From Deltaproteobacteria bacterium (GTDB lineage Bacteria > Desulfobacterota > Binatia > Binatales > Binataceae), in NCBI GenBank assembly GCA_021799495.1, contig JAJZAI010000008.1, positions 21,389-85,388 of the forward strand: a stretch of 64,000 nt of DNA, given 5' to 3'. The notes below the pieces were generated by a model. The model had not been told where the DNA came from. It saw only the letters and a list, made by a program, of their open reading frames with translations, and made no database searches. Position numbers and translations under genes: made by a program. Shown here piece after piece: positions 18,463 to 28,188 of the stretch (positions are counted from its first letter, which is position 1; each line of letters starts with the position of its first letter).

Positions 18463-18987
18463 TCAAGCGGCCGCCCGCGCGACTTCCTCGGCTCCCGCGT
18501 CGCGCAGCATCGCTTCGACCCGGGACACGTCGCCGTCGCCGACCCGCGCCACCAGGCCGAACTTGTCGGCGCCGAACCGGGTCCGATAGCCGGGCGCCGG
18601 CTCGAAGGCCGGAAGGCGGCTGATGAAAAAGAAGCTCGACACCGCGCTCAGCACGCCAAACAGGATCATCAGCTCAAAGATGATGACGATATAGGGCGCG
18701 ATCGCCGCGATTGGACGTCCGCCGGCGATAATGTTCCATTCCCACGACGTTCCGACCGTCAGAATCAAGCCGGTGAACGCCCCGGTGAAACCTCCGGCGA
18801 GCACGAATTTCCGCACCGGGCTGCGGCCCCATCCGCGCACTTCGTCGACCGCTTCATTGATCTTCTCGCTCATAAAGGGCGAAAAAACGTTGAAGTCGTG
18901 GACGTGCGCCTTGTGCAGTCCTTCGATCGCCGCGGCGCATTCGTCTTCGCTCGTAAACGTGCCAATCAGTTCGATTTCGCCGTTCAT
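18463..18987 (-). CDS. actD: Alternative complex III subunit D (DUF3341)
   Basis: FSPF, two TMs, IAGGRP and IFELMILF. Start 18987 overlaps the actC stop. Confidence 0.85.
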   Translation of the reverse strand: MNGEIELIGTFTSEDECAAAIEGLHKAHVHDFNVFSPFMSEKINEAVDEVRGWGRSPVRKFVLAGGFTGAFTGLILTVGTSWEWNIIAGGRPIAAIAPYIVIIFELMILFGVLSAVSSFFFISRLPAFEPAPGYRTRFGADKFGLVARVGDGDVSRVEAMLRDAGAEEVARAAA

Positions 18988-20351
18988 GCCGCTTTCCGAT
19001 ATGGGTATGGCTCGCGTATCGATTTGCGCAGCCAGGTTATTCCTTCCTTCAGCTCGGTCATCGAGACGATGGGAAGGAATTTCGTGAACAACGAGAAATT
19101 CAGCAGGAACCAGCCGAAGCTGCCGATCGTGATCGCCACTTCCGTGATCTTCGGCACATAGAACCGCCACTGCGACGGCGTCTGCGCGGTCGACAGCGAG
19201 CCGGCGATCAGCACGAAGCGCTCAAGCCACATCCCGATATTCACGAATATCGAGATGATGAAGAGCCAGACCATGTTCGTGCGTATCCGCGGCGAGAACA
19301 GCAGCAGCGGCACGAGACAGTTGCATAGAATCATCCCGCCGAACAGATAGCCTTGCGATCCGAAGAAACGCTCATGGAACGTCATCATTTCGATCGGATC
19401 CTGCGCATACCAGACGACGAAAACTTCGGTCAGGTACGAGTAGGAAATGACCAGCGACGTGAACAACACCACTTTTGAAAGGTTGTCCATGTGCCAGACC
19501 GTCACCAGGTCCTCGATATGCAGCCACTTGCGCATCGGCACCATCAGCGTGATCACCAGCGCGCAGCCGGAGAAAATCGCGCCGGCGACGAAATAGGGAG
19601 CGAAAATCGTGCTGTGCATGCCCGGCGTCTGCATCGTCGCGAAGTCCCAGGAAACGACGCTGTGGACCGACAGCACCAGCGGCGTCGCGAAACCCGCAAG
19701 CAGCAGATACGCCATCGAGAAGTTACGCCACTGCCGATCCGTTCCCTGCCATCCGCAAGCCAGAATCGTGTAGAACTTCTTGCGCCATCCGGTGGAAATA
19801 TCGCGCTGGTTGGCGATATCCGGAATCAGCCCCATCGACAGGAACAGCGCGCTGGTGGTCAGGTAGGTGCTGATCGCGAAAAAGTCCCAGGTCAGCGGCG
19901 AGCGGAAATTGGGCTGCAAGTAGCGCTCGTTGGGATACGGGCACAGCCAGTAGAAATACCACGGCCGCCCGAGATGGATAATCGGGAAGAGGCCGGCGGT
20001 CACGACCGCGAAGATCGTCATCGTCTCCGCGCAGCGGTAAACCGCCGTGCGCCAGCGCGTGCGGAACAGATACAGCACCGCCGAGATCAGCGTTCCCGAA
20101 TGCGCGATACCGACCCAGAACACGAAGTTCGTGATATAGACCGCCCAGTAGTTCGGCTGGCCGTAACCGGTCACGCCCAAACCTTCGTAAATCTGGCGCG
20201 TCCAGTAACTGACGCCGACTGCAACGAGAAACGCCAGAAACGCCACCCATAGCCAGTACTTGAGGCCGGCGGGATTCATCACCCGCTGGGCCGTGCGATC
20301 GACGTCGATATAGTTTATCGGGAATTCACCCTGTCCGACGGCGGCTGCCAT
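18984..20351 (-). CDS. actC: Alternative complex III quinol-oxidising subunit C (NrfD/PsrC family)
   Basis: YITNFVFWVGIAHSGTLISA, IHLGRPW, NFRSPLTWDFFAISTY, LVLSVHSVVSWDF and HSTIFAPYFVAGAIFSG. Confidence 0.95.
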   Translation of the reverse strand: MAAAVGQGEFPINYIDVDRTAQRVMNPAGLKYWLWVAFLAFLVAVGVSYWTRQIYEGLGVTGYGQPNYWAVYITNFVFWVGIAHSGTLISAVLYLFRTRWRTAVYRCAETMTIFAVVTAGLFPIIHLGRPWYFYWLCPYPNERYLQPNFRSPLTWDFFAISTYLTTSALFLSMGLIPDIANQRDISTGWRKKFYTILACGWQGTDRQWRNFSMAYLLLAGFATPLVLSVHSVVSWDFATMQTPGMHSTIFAPYFVAGAIFSGCALVITLMVPMRKWLHIEDLVTVWHMDNLSKVVLFTSLVISYSYLTEVFVVWYAQDPIEMMTFHERFFGSQGYLFGGMILCNCLVPLLLFSPRIRTNMVWLFIISIFVNIGMWLERFVLIAGSLSTAQTPSQWRFYVPKITEVAITIGSFGWFLLNFSLFTKFLPIVSMTELKEGITWLRKSIREPYPYRKAA

Positions 20352-23312
20352 TTAGGCTTTCCCCTTCTCCTGATAAAGATCGCGCAGATAGGTGACGGCG
20401 GGCAGCGCGTTGTAACCGGGCAGCATCGTATAGGTGCGGCCCTTGCCATCGTCGCGCCGCTTCATCATCGCGCTCTTCGGATCGTTGATATCGCCAAAAG
20501 TGATCGCACGCGCCGGACACGCCTGCGCGCACGCCGGGATGATCTCGCCGTCCATCACCGCGCGGTTTTCGGTGCGCGCGTTGATTTCCGCCGAGGTGAT
20601 CCGCTGGATGCAGAACGTGCACTTCTCCATCACGCCCGCGCCGCGCACGGTCACGTCGGGGTTGAGTTGCAGGTTGAGCGGCTCGGGAAATTCGGGATCG
20701 TACCAATTGAAGCGCCGAACCTTGTAAGGACAGTTGTTCTCGCAAAAGCGCGTGCCGATACAACGGTTGTAGATCTGCGCGTTGAGGCCTTCGCGCGTGT
20801 GACTCGACGCGAACACCGGACAGACCGGCTCGCACGGCGCATGGTCGCACTGCTGGCACATCACCGGCGCGATTTGCAGCAGCGGTCCGCGCCCAGCTTC
20901 TTCGAGCGTCGGTATATAACGTTCGACGCGAATCCACGACATGATGCGGCCGAGATTGACGTTGTCCGCGCCCACTACCTGGATATTGTTCTCGGCGTAG
21001 CACGCGACCACGCAGGCGCTGCATCCGTTGCAGGAATTGACGTCGACCGTCATACCCCACTTGTGGCCGGGATAGGCGATCGGCGGATACATCTCGTAGG
21101 GCTGATCGACCGGCTCCTCGCCATATTGCGGTTCGATCCCGCGGACGAGGTCTTCCACGCTCATCGACTCGATTATCGCGCGGCCCATCATGTCGCTCTT
21201 GCCGAGCGGCGTGATGAGTTTATGGGTCTTGTCGGTCTTTTTGACGCTGACCGCGATACTGCGCAGGCCCTCCGGAAGAAAAGCGAACGGATTTACGCCG
21301 ATTCCTTTGGCGTACCGGCCGTAAGCCGTATGGCCCTGGCCGAAGGGCACGGCAATCACGCCCGGACGCACCAGGCGCGAAATGTTAACGCTCAATTCGA
21401 CCGGCCCGTTCGGCGTGGAAATCTCGATTACGTGCAATCCGGCGAACAGGCGCGTCTGCTCGTAATTCTCTTCGATTCCGAGCTGCGAAGCGGTATCCGG
21501 ATGGACCTCGGCCCAGCTATCCCAAACGATTTGGCTGACGGGCTCGGGCGTCTCCTGCAGCCAGGATTTGTTCGCTCCGCGTCCGTCGTAGAGGAAAGCG
21601 TGCGGAAACGCCCAGAGCATCAGCCCGGCCGGAACCGGCGGAAGCTGGGAGGTTTGCTGCCATACCGTCGGGACGATTTTGACGTCGGCAGGCTTCGCTT
21701 CGGTGAAGACGCCGCCGGTCCGGCGCGCGTTATCCCAGAATTCCCTGGGCGTTCCGCTCGCGCCGATTTTGCTCTGAAGTTGCGCCCATGACGCGCTGAC
21801 CGCATCAGCGGCGTTCTCAAACGGAATCGCCTGACCCGCCGCTCCTGCGGCCAGATGCGCCGATTCGATCAGCATGTCGTGGACTGCGCGGCTGGCGAAC
21901 ACCGGCTGCATCACCGGCTGCCCAAGACCGTAGATTCCGGCGCGCGGAGCTGTATCGCGCCAGCTTTCGAGCGCGTGATGGGCGGGCAGGAGCAAATTCG
22001 CCACTTCCGCCGATTCGTCCGGCACTTCGCCCATCCATACGACCAGCCCGACCCGCTTGGCCGCATCTCTGAAGGCATACCCCGGCGACATCGAATAGGC
22101 CGGATTTCCGCCCGCGAGTACCAGCACGTCGACCTGACCGTCGCGCATCGCGTCGATAACCGCTTTTAGCTGCTCGGGCCGGCTGTTCGCTTCGGGCGGC
22201 GTTTCGGCAAGAAAAACCATCGTTTTGCCGAGATTGCCGGTCACGGCGTTGAGCAGGTACGCCGCGAGATGAGCCTGCTGACTGGCGCCGTCCGCCAGCG
22301 CCACAGCGCCATCGGTCGCCTGGCCGAACCAAGACGCAATCCGCTGAATCGTCTGCGCGGGCACTCCGGTTTGAGCGCTAATCTTTTCAGGGTCGTAGTC
22401 GGCTACGAAAGCCTTTACCGCCGACACATCGACACCCGAATTCGACGCAACCCAGCCTTGATTCACGACGACGTTCAGCACCGCCATCGCGATTGCGCCT
22501 TCGCTGCCCGGATTCGCCGCCACCCATTCGTCGGCCTTGGCCGCGCTGGTGTTCATCCGCGGCCCGACGTAGGCGTAGTGTCCAATGCTGAGCTTGCCGT
22601 TGCGCTGCTTTGGCGCCCGGAAGGTCGCAAATTGACGCCCGAACTCGACCGGGGAATTCCACGTGCCGAGGAAATCCGCGTCGAAAGAGATGATCGTTTC
22701 GGCCTGATCGATACGGTAGATCGGCAGGTCGCGCTTGCCGAAGCAGGCCTCGGCGGCTTTGCGCGCCGGCTCGTCGCTGAACGCCTCCCAGAACCCGACG
22801 CGGTCGGAACCGAAGGCCTTGGCCCAAGCCACCGTAATCGCATCGAGCGTCGGTCCCATCGACGCGCCGACAAACGCGACCCGGCCAGCCCCCGCCTTGC
22901 CGGCGGCCGCGAGCTTGTCATTAAACTCCCGATTCGCCTCGTCCCACGAGATTGCGGCCACCGAGCCGTCCGGCTTGCGCCGCATCGGCTTGGCCAGCCG
23001 ATCGGGATTATAAAGTCCCTGCAACGCCGACTGGCCGCGCGCGCAGATCGCGCCGCCGCTGATCGGATCGGCGGGATTGCCTTCGAGCTTGATTACCCGC
23101 CCTTCCATCACGCGCGCCACGATTCCGCATCCGGCGGAGCATTCGCTGCAGGTGGTGGCGAAAAAGGTTGGTTCGCCCGGCACGATATTTTCGTCCGGCA
23201 CGACGTATGGAATCAGCTTTCTGGCGGCCGGTTCGCATCCCGGTATCGCCGCCGCGGCCGACGCCGTGGCAGCTAATTTCAGGAACGACCGCCTCGACAG
23301 CCCGTCTGACAT
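20352..23312 (-). CDS. actB: Alternative complex III subunit B (molybdopterin-oxidoreductase-like domain plus Fe-S domain), Tat-exported lipoprotein
   Basis: SRRSFLK twin-arginine and IPGC lipobox; N-terminal CSECSAGC...ICARG; C-terminal CNGCSACVVAC, CQQCDHAPCEPVCP, CIGTRFCENNCP and CTFC...CAQACP; GAGGA SD. Confidence 0.93.
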   Translation of the reverse strand: MSDGLSRRSFLKLAATASAAAAIPGCEPAARKLIPYVVPDENIVPGEPTFFATTCSECSAGCGIVARVMEGRVIKLEGNPADPISGGAICARGQSALQGLYNPDRLAKPMRRKPDGSVAAISWDEANREFNDKLAAAGKAGAGRVAFVGASMGPTLDAITVAWAKAFGSDRVGFWEAFSDEPARKAAEACFGKRDLPIYRIDQAETIISFDADFLGTWNSPVEFGRQFATFRAPKQRNGKLSIGHYAYVGPRMNTSAAKADEWVAANPGSEGAIAMAVLNVVVNQGWVASNSGVDVSAVKAFVADYDPEKISAQTGVPAQTIQRIASWFGQATDGAVALADGASQQAHLAAYLLNAVTGNLGKTMVFLAETPPEANSRPEQLKAVIDAMRDGQVDVLVLAGGNPAYSMSPGYAFRDAAKRVGLVVWMGEVPDESAEVANLLLPAHHALESWRDTAPRAGIYGLGQPVMQPVFASRAVHDMLIESAHLAAGAAGQAIPFENAADAVSASWAQLQSKIGASGTPREFWDNARRTGGVFTEAKPADVKIVPTVWQQTSQLPPVPAGLMLWAFPHAFLYDGRGANKSWLQETPEPVSQIVWDSWAEVHPDTASQLGIEENYEQTRLFAGLHVIEISTPNGPVELSVNISRLVRPGVIAVPFGQGHTAYGRYAKGIGVNPFAFLPEGLRSIAVSVKKTDKTHKLITPLGKSDMMGRAIIESMSVEDLVRGIEPQYGEEPVDQPYEMYPPIAYPGHKWGMTVDVNSCNGCSACVVACYAENNIQVVGADNVNLGRIMSWIRVERYIPTLEEAGRGPLLQIAPVMCQQCDHAPCEPVCPVFASSHTREGLNAQIYNRCIGTRFCENNCPYKVRRFNWYDPEFPEPLNLQLNPDVTVRGAGVMEKCTFCIQRITSAEINARTENRAVMDGEIIPACAQACPARAITFGDINDPKSAMMKRRDDGKGRTYTMLPGYNALPAVTYLRDLYQEKGKA

Positions 23313-23326
23313 TTCGTTTCCTCGCC

Positions 23327-23842
23327 TCAGTGGTGGCAGACAAAACATTCTTGCGTGGCGCCGCGCTGTTCGTGGCAATTCACGCAGAATCCCATGTTGA
23401 TTTCTTTCACCGGGACGATCCGGTCCATCGTCTCGACGGGCCCGTGACACTCCTGGCACTGCACGCCGGCCCAAATATGGGGCTTATGCACGAAGCGAAC
23501 GAAATCCGGCAGGGTGTAAACCCGGTTCCAGCGAATTTCGAAGGGCGGCTGCTGGCCGTCGGTCCACGGCTGGGTCACCGGCTTGATGCCGCCCAGCAGG
23601 CCGCTGCCGTGGCATCCCACGCAGCGTTCGACCGGCGGCACGCCGGCATTGGCCGAGCGCCGCGCATATTCGTGGCAGTACTGGCACGGGATCTTATTGA
23701 TTCCGGCGTGCACGCGATGGCTGAACGGAATCGGTTGTTCGACATCCGAGCGCGGAGCCCACGGCCGCTCGGAAACCGCAACCGTGTACACGCCGACCAC
23801 GAACAGGAGCACGGCGACAGAGATCAGTATTCGATTCACCAT
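23327..23842 (-). CDS. actA: Alternative complex III pentaheme cytochrome c subunit A
   Basis: N-terminal TM, QPIPFSHRVH, five CxxCH motifs (CQYCH, CVGCH, CQECH, CVNCH, CFVCH) and W-x-RVY-x-LPDFV. Confidence 0.93.
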   Translation of the reverse strand: MVNRILISVAVLLFVVGVYTVAVSERPWAPRSDVEQPIPFSHRVHAGINKIPCQYCHEYARRSANAGVPPVERCVGCHGSGLLGGIKPVTQPWTDGQQPPFEIRWNRVYTLPDFVRFVHKPHIWAGVQCQECHGPVETMDRIVPVKEINMGFCVNCHEQRGATQECFVCHH

Positions 23843-24283
23843 TTCAATTTCGGCTCAATCCATGGTCCCGCGGCGGCCGCGCGGCGCAGCCTCGACGACG
23901 GGACCCGCAACAGGGCGACGGGACAAGTAACAAGCATCGCGGCGCGAGGTCAACCCGCGCGGCGAAGGTTCGTCGCTATGCACAGAGAGAGGCTTCACTC
24001 GCCGACCACAAACGAAAGAATTACTAACATCGCGCGGATGCCGCCGCAAGCGAAATTTATGGATTTCGCGTAATTTCCCCAGCCGACAAGCGATTTGAAC
24101 TGGCCGGCAGCCGGGAGCGCGTTTTGGCGTCGTACAGCGCCGCGTCGCCCGAAGTTCCCCCGTCCTGTGTACAAATGACGCCGGCGCGCGACATGTGCAA
24201 AACCTCGACCAGACCCCCGTTTCGGCCCCGCCGGAACTATGTTAATTAATCTGCAAGTTCTCGATTGGAGCGCGCTGGATAAG

Positions 24284-25450
24284 GTGCAAATCAAGGTTGC
24301 TTCACGGCTGAGTCTGCTGCCTCCCTATCTGTTCGCGGAGCTCGATCGGCTCAAGCGCGAAGTCGCCGCCACCGGCGTGGACGTGATCAGCCTCGGCATC
24401 GGCGATCCCGATTTGCCGACCCCGCCGCATATCGTCGCCGCCGCGCGGCGCGCCGCGGAAACGCCCGCCAACCATCGCTATCCCGATTACCAGGGGCTCG
24501 ACAGTTTTCGCGCAGCGGCCGCGGAGTGGTGCCGGCGCCGCTTCAATCTCGCCCTCGACCCGGCGCGCGAAGTCTGCGCCCTGATCGGCTCCAAGGAGGG
24601 AATCGCGAATTTCCCCGTCGCCGTGGTGGATCCGGGCGATATCGTGCTGATTCCCGATCCCGGGTACCCGGTTTATTACTCCGGATGCGTTTTTAACGGC
24701 GGCGAGCCTTATTTCATGCCGCTGCGCAAGGAAAACGGCTTCATGCCGGACCTTGCGGCGATCCCGGCCGAGGTTGCGCGCCGGGCGAAGCTGATGTGGC
24801 TGAACTATCCGAACAATCCGACGGCCGCCACGGCGACGCTCGATTTTTTGCGTGAAGCCGTCGCCTTTTGCCTGCGTAATAACATAATCCTTGGCCATGA
24901 CGCCGCCTACTCCGAAGTCGCCTATGACGGCTATCGCGCCCCGAGCATCCTCGAAATCGAAGGCGCGCGGGAGTGCGCGGTGGAATTCCACTCGCTTTCC
25001 AAAACTTTCTCGATGACCGGATGGCGGGTCGGGTTCGTGATCGGCAATGCGACGCTGGTGGGCGCGCTGGGCGCGGTCAAAACCAACGTCGATTCGGGAG
25101 TTTTTCAGGGCGTACAGGAAGCGGCGATCGCCGCGTTCGAGGGCGGCGACGAATATCTTCGCAAATATTGCGAAATATACCGGGAACGGCGCGACTTGAT
25201 GGTCGCGGCGCTGAGGGGGCTGGGGCTGGAATGCGACCCGCCGCGCGCGACCTTTTATTTATGGGCGCGCGTGCCGAAAGGCTACACGTCAGTTTCATTG
25301 ACCGAGCGGGTGCTCAAGGAGACCGGCGTGGTAATCACGCCAGGCTCCGGATTCGGCAAAGGTGGCGAGGGCTACGTTCGCTTTTCATTGACTGTACCGA
25401 GCGAACGCTTGCGCGTGGCGGTGGAACGAATCAAGGCGCTGCGCTTGTGA
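24284..25450 (+). CDS. dapL: LL-diaminopimelate aminotransferase (class I PLP enzyme)
   Basis: LPPYLFA, LGIGDPD, LIGSKEGI, NYPNNPT and EFHSLSKTFSMTGWRVG; folK follows. Start GTG 24284 assumed (ATG 24239 is the alternative). Confidence 0.85.
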   Translation: MQIKVASRLSLLPPYLFAELDRLKREVAATGVDVISLGIGDPDLPTPPHIVAAARRAAETPANHRYPDYQGLDSFRAAAAEWCRRRFNLALDPAREVCALIGSKEGIANFPVAVVDPGDIVLIPDPGYPVYYSGCVFNGGEPYFMPLRKENGFMPDLAAIPAEVARRAKLMWLNYPNNPTAATATLDFLREAVAFCLRNNIILGHDAAYSEVAYDGYRAPSILEIEGARECAVEFHSLSKTFSMTGWRVGFVIGNATLVGALGAVKTNVDSGVFQGVQEAAIAAFEGGDEYLRKYCEIYRERRDLMVAALRGLGLECDPPRATFYLWARVPKGYTSVSLTERVLKETGVVITPGSGFGKGGEGYVRFSLTVPSERLRVAVERIKALRL

Positions 25451-25459
25451 CGGCGGAGA

Positions 25460-26017
25460 ATGCCGCATCGGGTCTTCATCGGAATAGGCTCGAATTTAGG
25501 CGACAGGGCCGGCTATTACCGGGAGGCGATCGAGCGTATCGCGCGCCTGCCCGAAACGCGGATTGTGCGTCAATCGTCGGTATACGAAACCGAACCGGTG
25601 GGCGATCTCAAAGGCGCCTTTCTCAACGGCGTGATCGAGGTCGAGACCGAATTGCCGGCGGACGCGCTGATGCGGCGGCTGTTGCTGATTGAGCGTCAAA
25701 TGGGCCGCAAACGCCCAACCGGACGCAAGTCGGCGAAACAGCCGCGGATGCGCCCGCGCGTAATTGACCTGGATTTGCTGTTTTTTGACAAGGAAATGAT
25801 TGAAACGCGCAGCCTGACCACGCCCCATCCGCGATTGCACGAGCGCCGTTTCGTGCTCGCGCCGATGGCGGAACTGGCGCCCGCGCTGATTCATCCCAGA
25901 CTTAACGTCTCAATTTCCGACCTGCTTGCTGAATTGAAATCGCCGCAACGGGTCACACTGGCGCGCGCCGACCTGCTTCGGCCGCAGCCCCGCAAGCGGG
26001 AGGTTGTTTCGCGATGA
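25460..26017 (+). CDS. folK: 2-amino-4-hydroxy-6-hydroxymethyldihydropteridine diphosphokinase
   Basis: [28 protein letters not shown] and [14 protein letters not shown]. Confidence 0.95.
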   Translation: MPHRVFIGIGSNLGDRAGYYREAIERIARLPETRIVRQSSVYETEPVGDLKGAFLNGVIEVETELPADALMRRLLLIERQMGRKRPTGRKSAKQPRMRPRVIDLDLLFFDKEMIETRSLTTPHPRLHERRFVLAPMAELAPALIHPRLNVSISDLLAELKSPQRVTLARADLLRPQPRKREVVSR

Positions 26018-26664
26018 AATTCTTCGTCGATACGGCGGACACGGCGGAAATCCGTGAAATCGCCAATCTAGGACTGGCCGACGGCGTCACCACCAATCCG
26101 AGCCTGATCGCCAAAAGCGGCCGTCCCTACGCGGAAGTGCTGCGCGAAATCTGCGATATCGTGGACGGCCCGATCAGCGCCGAAGTGGTCGCGACCGAAG
26201 CGCCCGCAATGCTCGAAGAGGGCGAAAAACTCGCGAAAATCCATCGCAACATCGTCGTCAAATGCCCGTTGACGCTCGAAGGCCTCAAGGCCACGCGGGC
26301 GCTCTCAAATCGCGGCATCCGCGTCAACGTCACGCTGATTTTCAGCCCGCTGCAGGCGCTGGCGGCGGCCAAATGCGGCGCGTCGTTCCTGTCGCCCTTC
26401 GTCGGCCGGCTCGACGATATCGGCCACGAAGGGATGCTGCCGATCGACCAGATCGTCCGGATCATGGACAACTACGACTATCCGGCGAAGGTGCTGGTCG
26501 CCTCGATTCGCTCGCCGCTCCATCTGCTGCGCGCGGCGGAAGCGGGGGCAGATATCGCGACGCTGCCGCCCGACGTGATTAAACAGATACTGCGGCATCC
26601 GCTGACCGACGCCGGCCTGGAAAAATTCCTTTCGGACTGGCGCCAAACCAAACAGAAAATTTAG
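26014..26664 (+). CDS. fsa: Transaldolase / fructose-6-phosphate aldolase family (TalC/MipB)
   Basis: [34 protein letters not shown] and ASIR. Confidence 0.93.
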   Translation: MKFFVDTADTAEIREIANLGLADGVTTNPSLIAKSGRPYAEVLREICDIVDGPISAEVVATEAPAMLEEGEKLAKIHRNIVVKCPLTLEGLKATRALSNRGIRVNVTLIFSPLQALAAAKCGASFLSPFVGRLDDIGHEGMLPIDQIVRIMDNYDYPAKVLVASIRSPLHLLRAAEAGADIATLPPDVIKQILRHPLTDAGLEKFLSDWRQTKQKI

Positions 26665-26690
26665 TCCAGCGGCGACCGCGTGGCGGCCGC

Positions 26691-27719
26691 ATGACCCCGG
26701 CGCGACGAACGGTGAAAAAGAGCGAAACGTTTTCATACGGCCACGCGACGCTAACGCTGGCTGATTGCCTCGAATGGCTCGCCGACCGAGCGCCCTTAAG
26801 CGTTCAGGCGGTGGTCACGGATCCGCCCTATGGTCTGGTCGAATACAGCCCTCAAGAACAGGCCAAACTGCGCGCCGGCCGCGGCGGCGTCTGGCGGATT
26901 CCACCCTCGTTCGACGGCCACAATCGGTCGCCCTTGCCGCGCTTCACCACTTTGACGGCTGAAGACCTGCGGCGGCTGGAACAATTTTTCGCGCGATGGG
27001 CGTCGAGCTTGATGCGGGTCCTGGTTCCGGGCGCGCATATTGTGGTCGCGAGCAACCCGCTGGTCTCGCATATTCTCGCCCGGCCGCTGGCCGAGGCCGG
27101 CTTTGAGCGGCGCGGCGAAATTATCCGGCTGGTAACTACGCTGCGCGGCGGCGATCGGCCAAAGAACGCGCATCAGGAATTCAGCGATGTGACGGTGATG
27201 CCGCGGTCGATGTTCGAGCCCTGGCTGCTGTTCCGCAAGCCGCTCGAGGGCCGGGTTCAGGACAACTTGCGCAAATGGCGCACCGGAGCGCTCCGGCGGA
27301 TTTCGCGCAACCAGCCGTTCGGCGACGTAATCGCGTCGCATCCGACGCGGCCGGCCGAACGCGCCTTGGCGCCGCATCCCAGTCTCAAACCGCAAACATT
27401 CATGCGCCAGATTGTGCGCGCGGTCCTGCCATTCGGCGAGGGCGTAGTGCTCGATCCGTTCGCGGGAGCGGGTTCGATGCTGGCGGCGGCCAACGCGCTC
27501 GGCTACGCCAGCATCGGCGTCGAGTACGACCCGCATTATTTCGAGATCGCGCGCGCAGCTATTCCAGCCTTGTCGCGCCTGACGAGCCGCGGTACACCCA
27601 TTGCTGACGAAGCATCTTTATTCCCTCGCGATGGAGAGTCGCCGTCCGCGTCCCCAATTCGCCGCGAGGATTCTTGCGAAAATCGGTTGTTCGCACTTGC
27701 GCCAGATAGACCGCGCTGA
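26691..27719 (+). CDS. N4-cytosine/N6-adenine DNA methyltransferase, beta class
   Basis: Catalytic TDPPY near the N-terminus; HPSLKP and LDPFAGAGS (motif I) near the C-terminus. Confidence 0.92.
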   Translation: MTPARRTVKKSETFSYGHATLTLADCLEWLADRAPLSVQAVVTDPPYGLVEYSPQEQAKLRAGRGGVWRIPPSFDGHNRSPLPRFTTLTAEDLRRLEQFFARWASSLMRVLVPGAHIVVASNPLVSHILARPLAEAGFERRGEIIRLVTTLRGGDRPKNAHQEFSDVTVMPRSMFEPWLLFRKPLEGRVQDNLRKWRTGALRRISRNQPFGDVIASHPTRPAERALAPHPSLKPQTFMRQIVRAVLPFGEGVVLDPFAGAGSMLAAANALGYASIGVEYDPHYFEIARAAIPALSRLTSRGTPIADEASLFPRDGESPSASPIRREDSCENRLFALAPDRPR

Positions 27720-28188
27720 AGTTTAACGGACGACGATCCACCGCCGGCTCGGTGGCGTTGTCAATTTCATACACGAAAACGCATAGCCACTGATCGCGTG
27801 CGCCATGCATATCAACGGCGGCGCTTGCGTTCTTCGTGGTCTTGATTTCGATCCCATCCTCGCCAGCCTTGATCGCATCGCCGGTATAACGCCCACGGAC
27901 AATCAAATCCGGATGTCCGTTCGGCCATCGGTTCTCGGTCAAAGCACGCGAATGTCGCGCGACGCTCGCGCATAGAAAATCCGACAGCAATCCGGAGAGC
28001 GTGGCCTTGCGCTTCTCGAGAATATCCTCCAAACGGCCGAGGCCTTTTTCCAGCAGCGTTCCATTCACATCGTGAAAGAAGTCGTAAACGTCCTGCATCG
28101 CAAGCGCGAAATCAGCAAGACGCAATTCATATGGGAGGGACAATGACTCGTTGAATACGCCTTCAACTTTGTTTCGACGCGCGGGCAT
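27559..28188 (-). CDS. Putative type II restriction endonuclease (PD-(D/E)xK-like), convergent with the MTase
   Basis: GHPDLIV...GIEIKT motif, visibly lower-GC codon usage, and adjacency to the MTase; TTGAGT-N17-TAAAAA promoter-like motif at 28197-28225. Confidence 0.62.
   Translation of the reverse strand: MPARRNKVEGVFNESLSLPYELRLADFALAMQDVYDFFHDVNGTLLEKGLGRLEDILEKRKATLSGLLSDFLCASVARHSRALTENRWPNGHPDLIVRGRYTGDAIKAGEDGIEIKTTKNASAAVDMHGARDQWLCVFVYEIDNATEPAVDRRPLNFSAVYLAQVRTTDFRKNPRGELGTRTATLHREGIKMLRQQWVYRGSSGATRLE

Noticed and set aside
18988-19170. Long N-terminal extensions in the ORF track (actD; also actB, subunit II, treS, arsC, esterase, dapB)
   Set aside because: They overlap upstream genes or intergenic DNA, while downstream ATGs give SD motifs or ATGA coupling and family-typical N-termini.
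23855-24049. 64-aa ORF upstream of actA as a possible actE/actG
   Set aside because: No CxxCH, signal peptide or TM; the composition looks non-coding.
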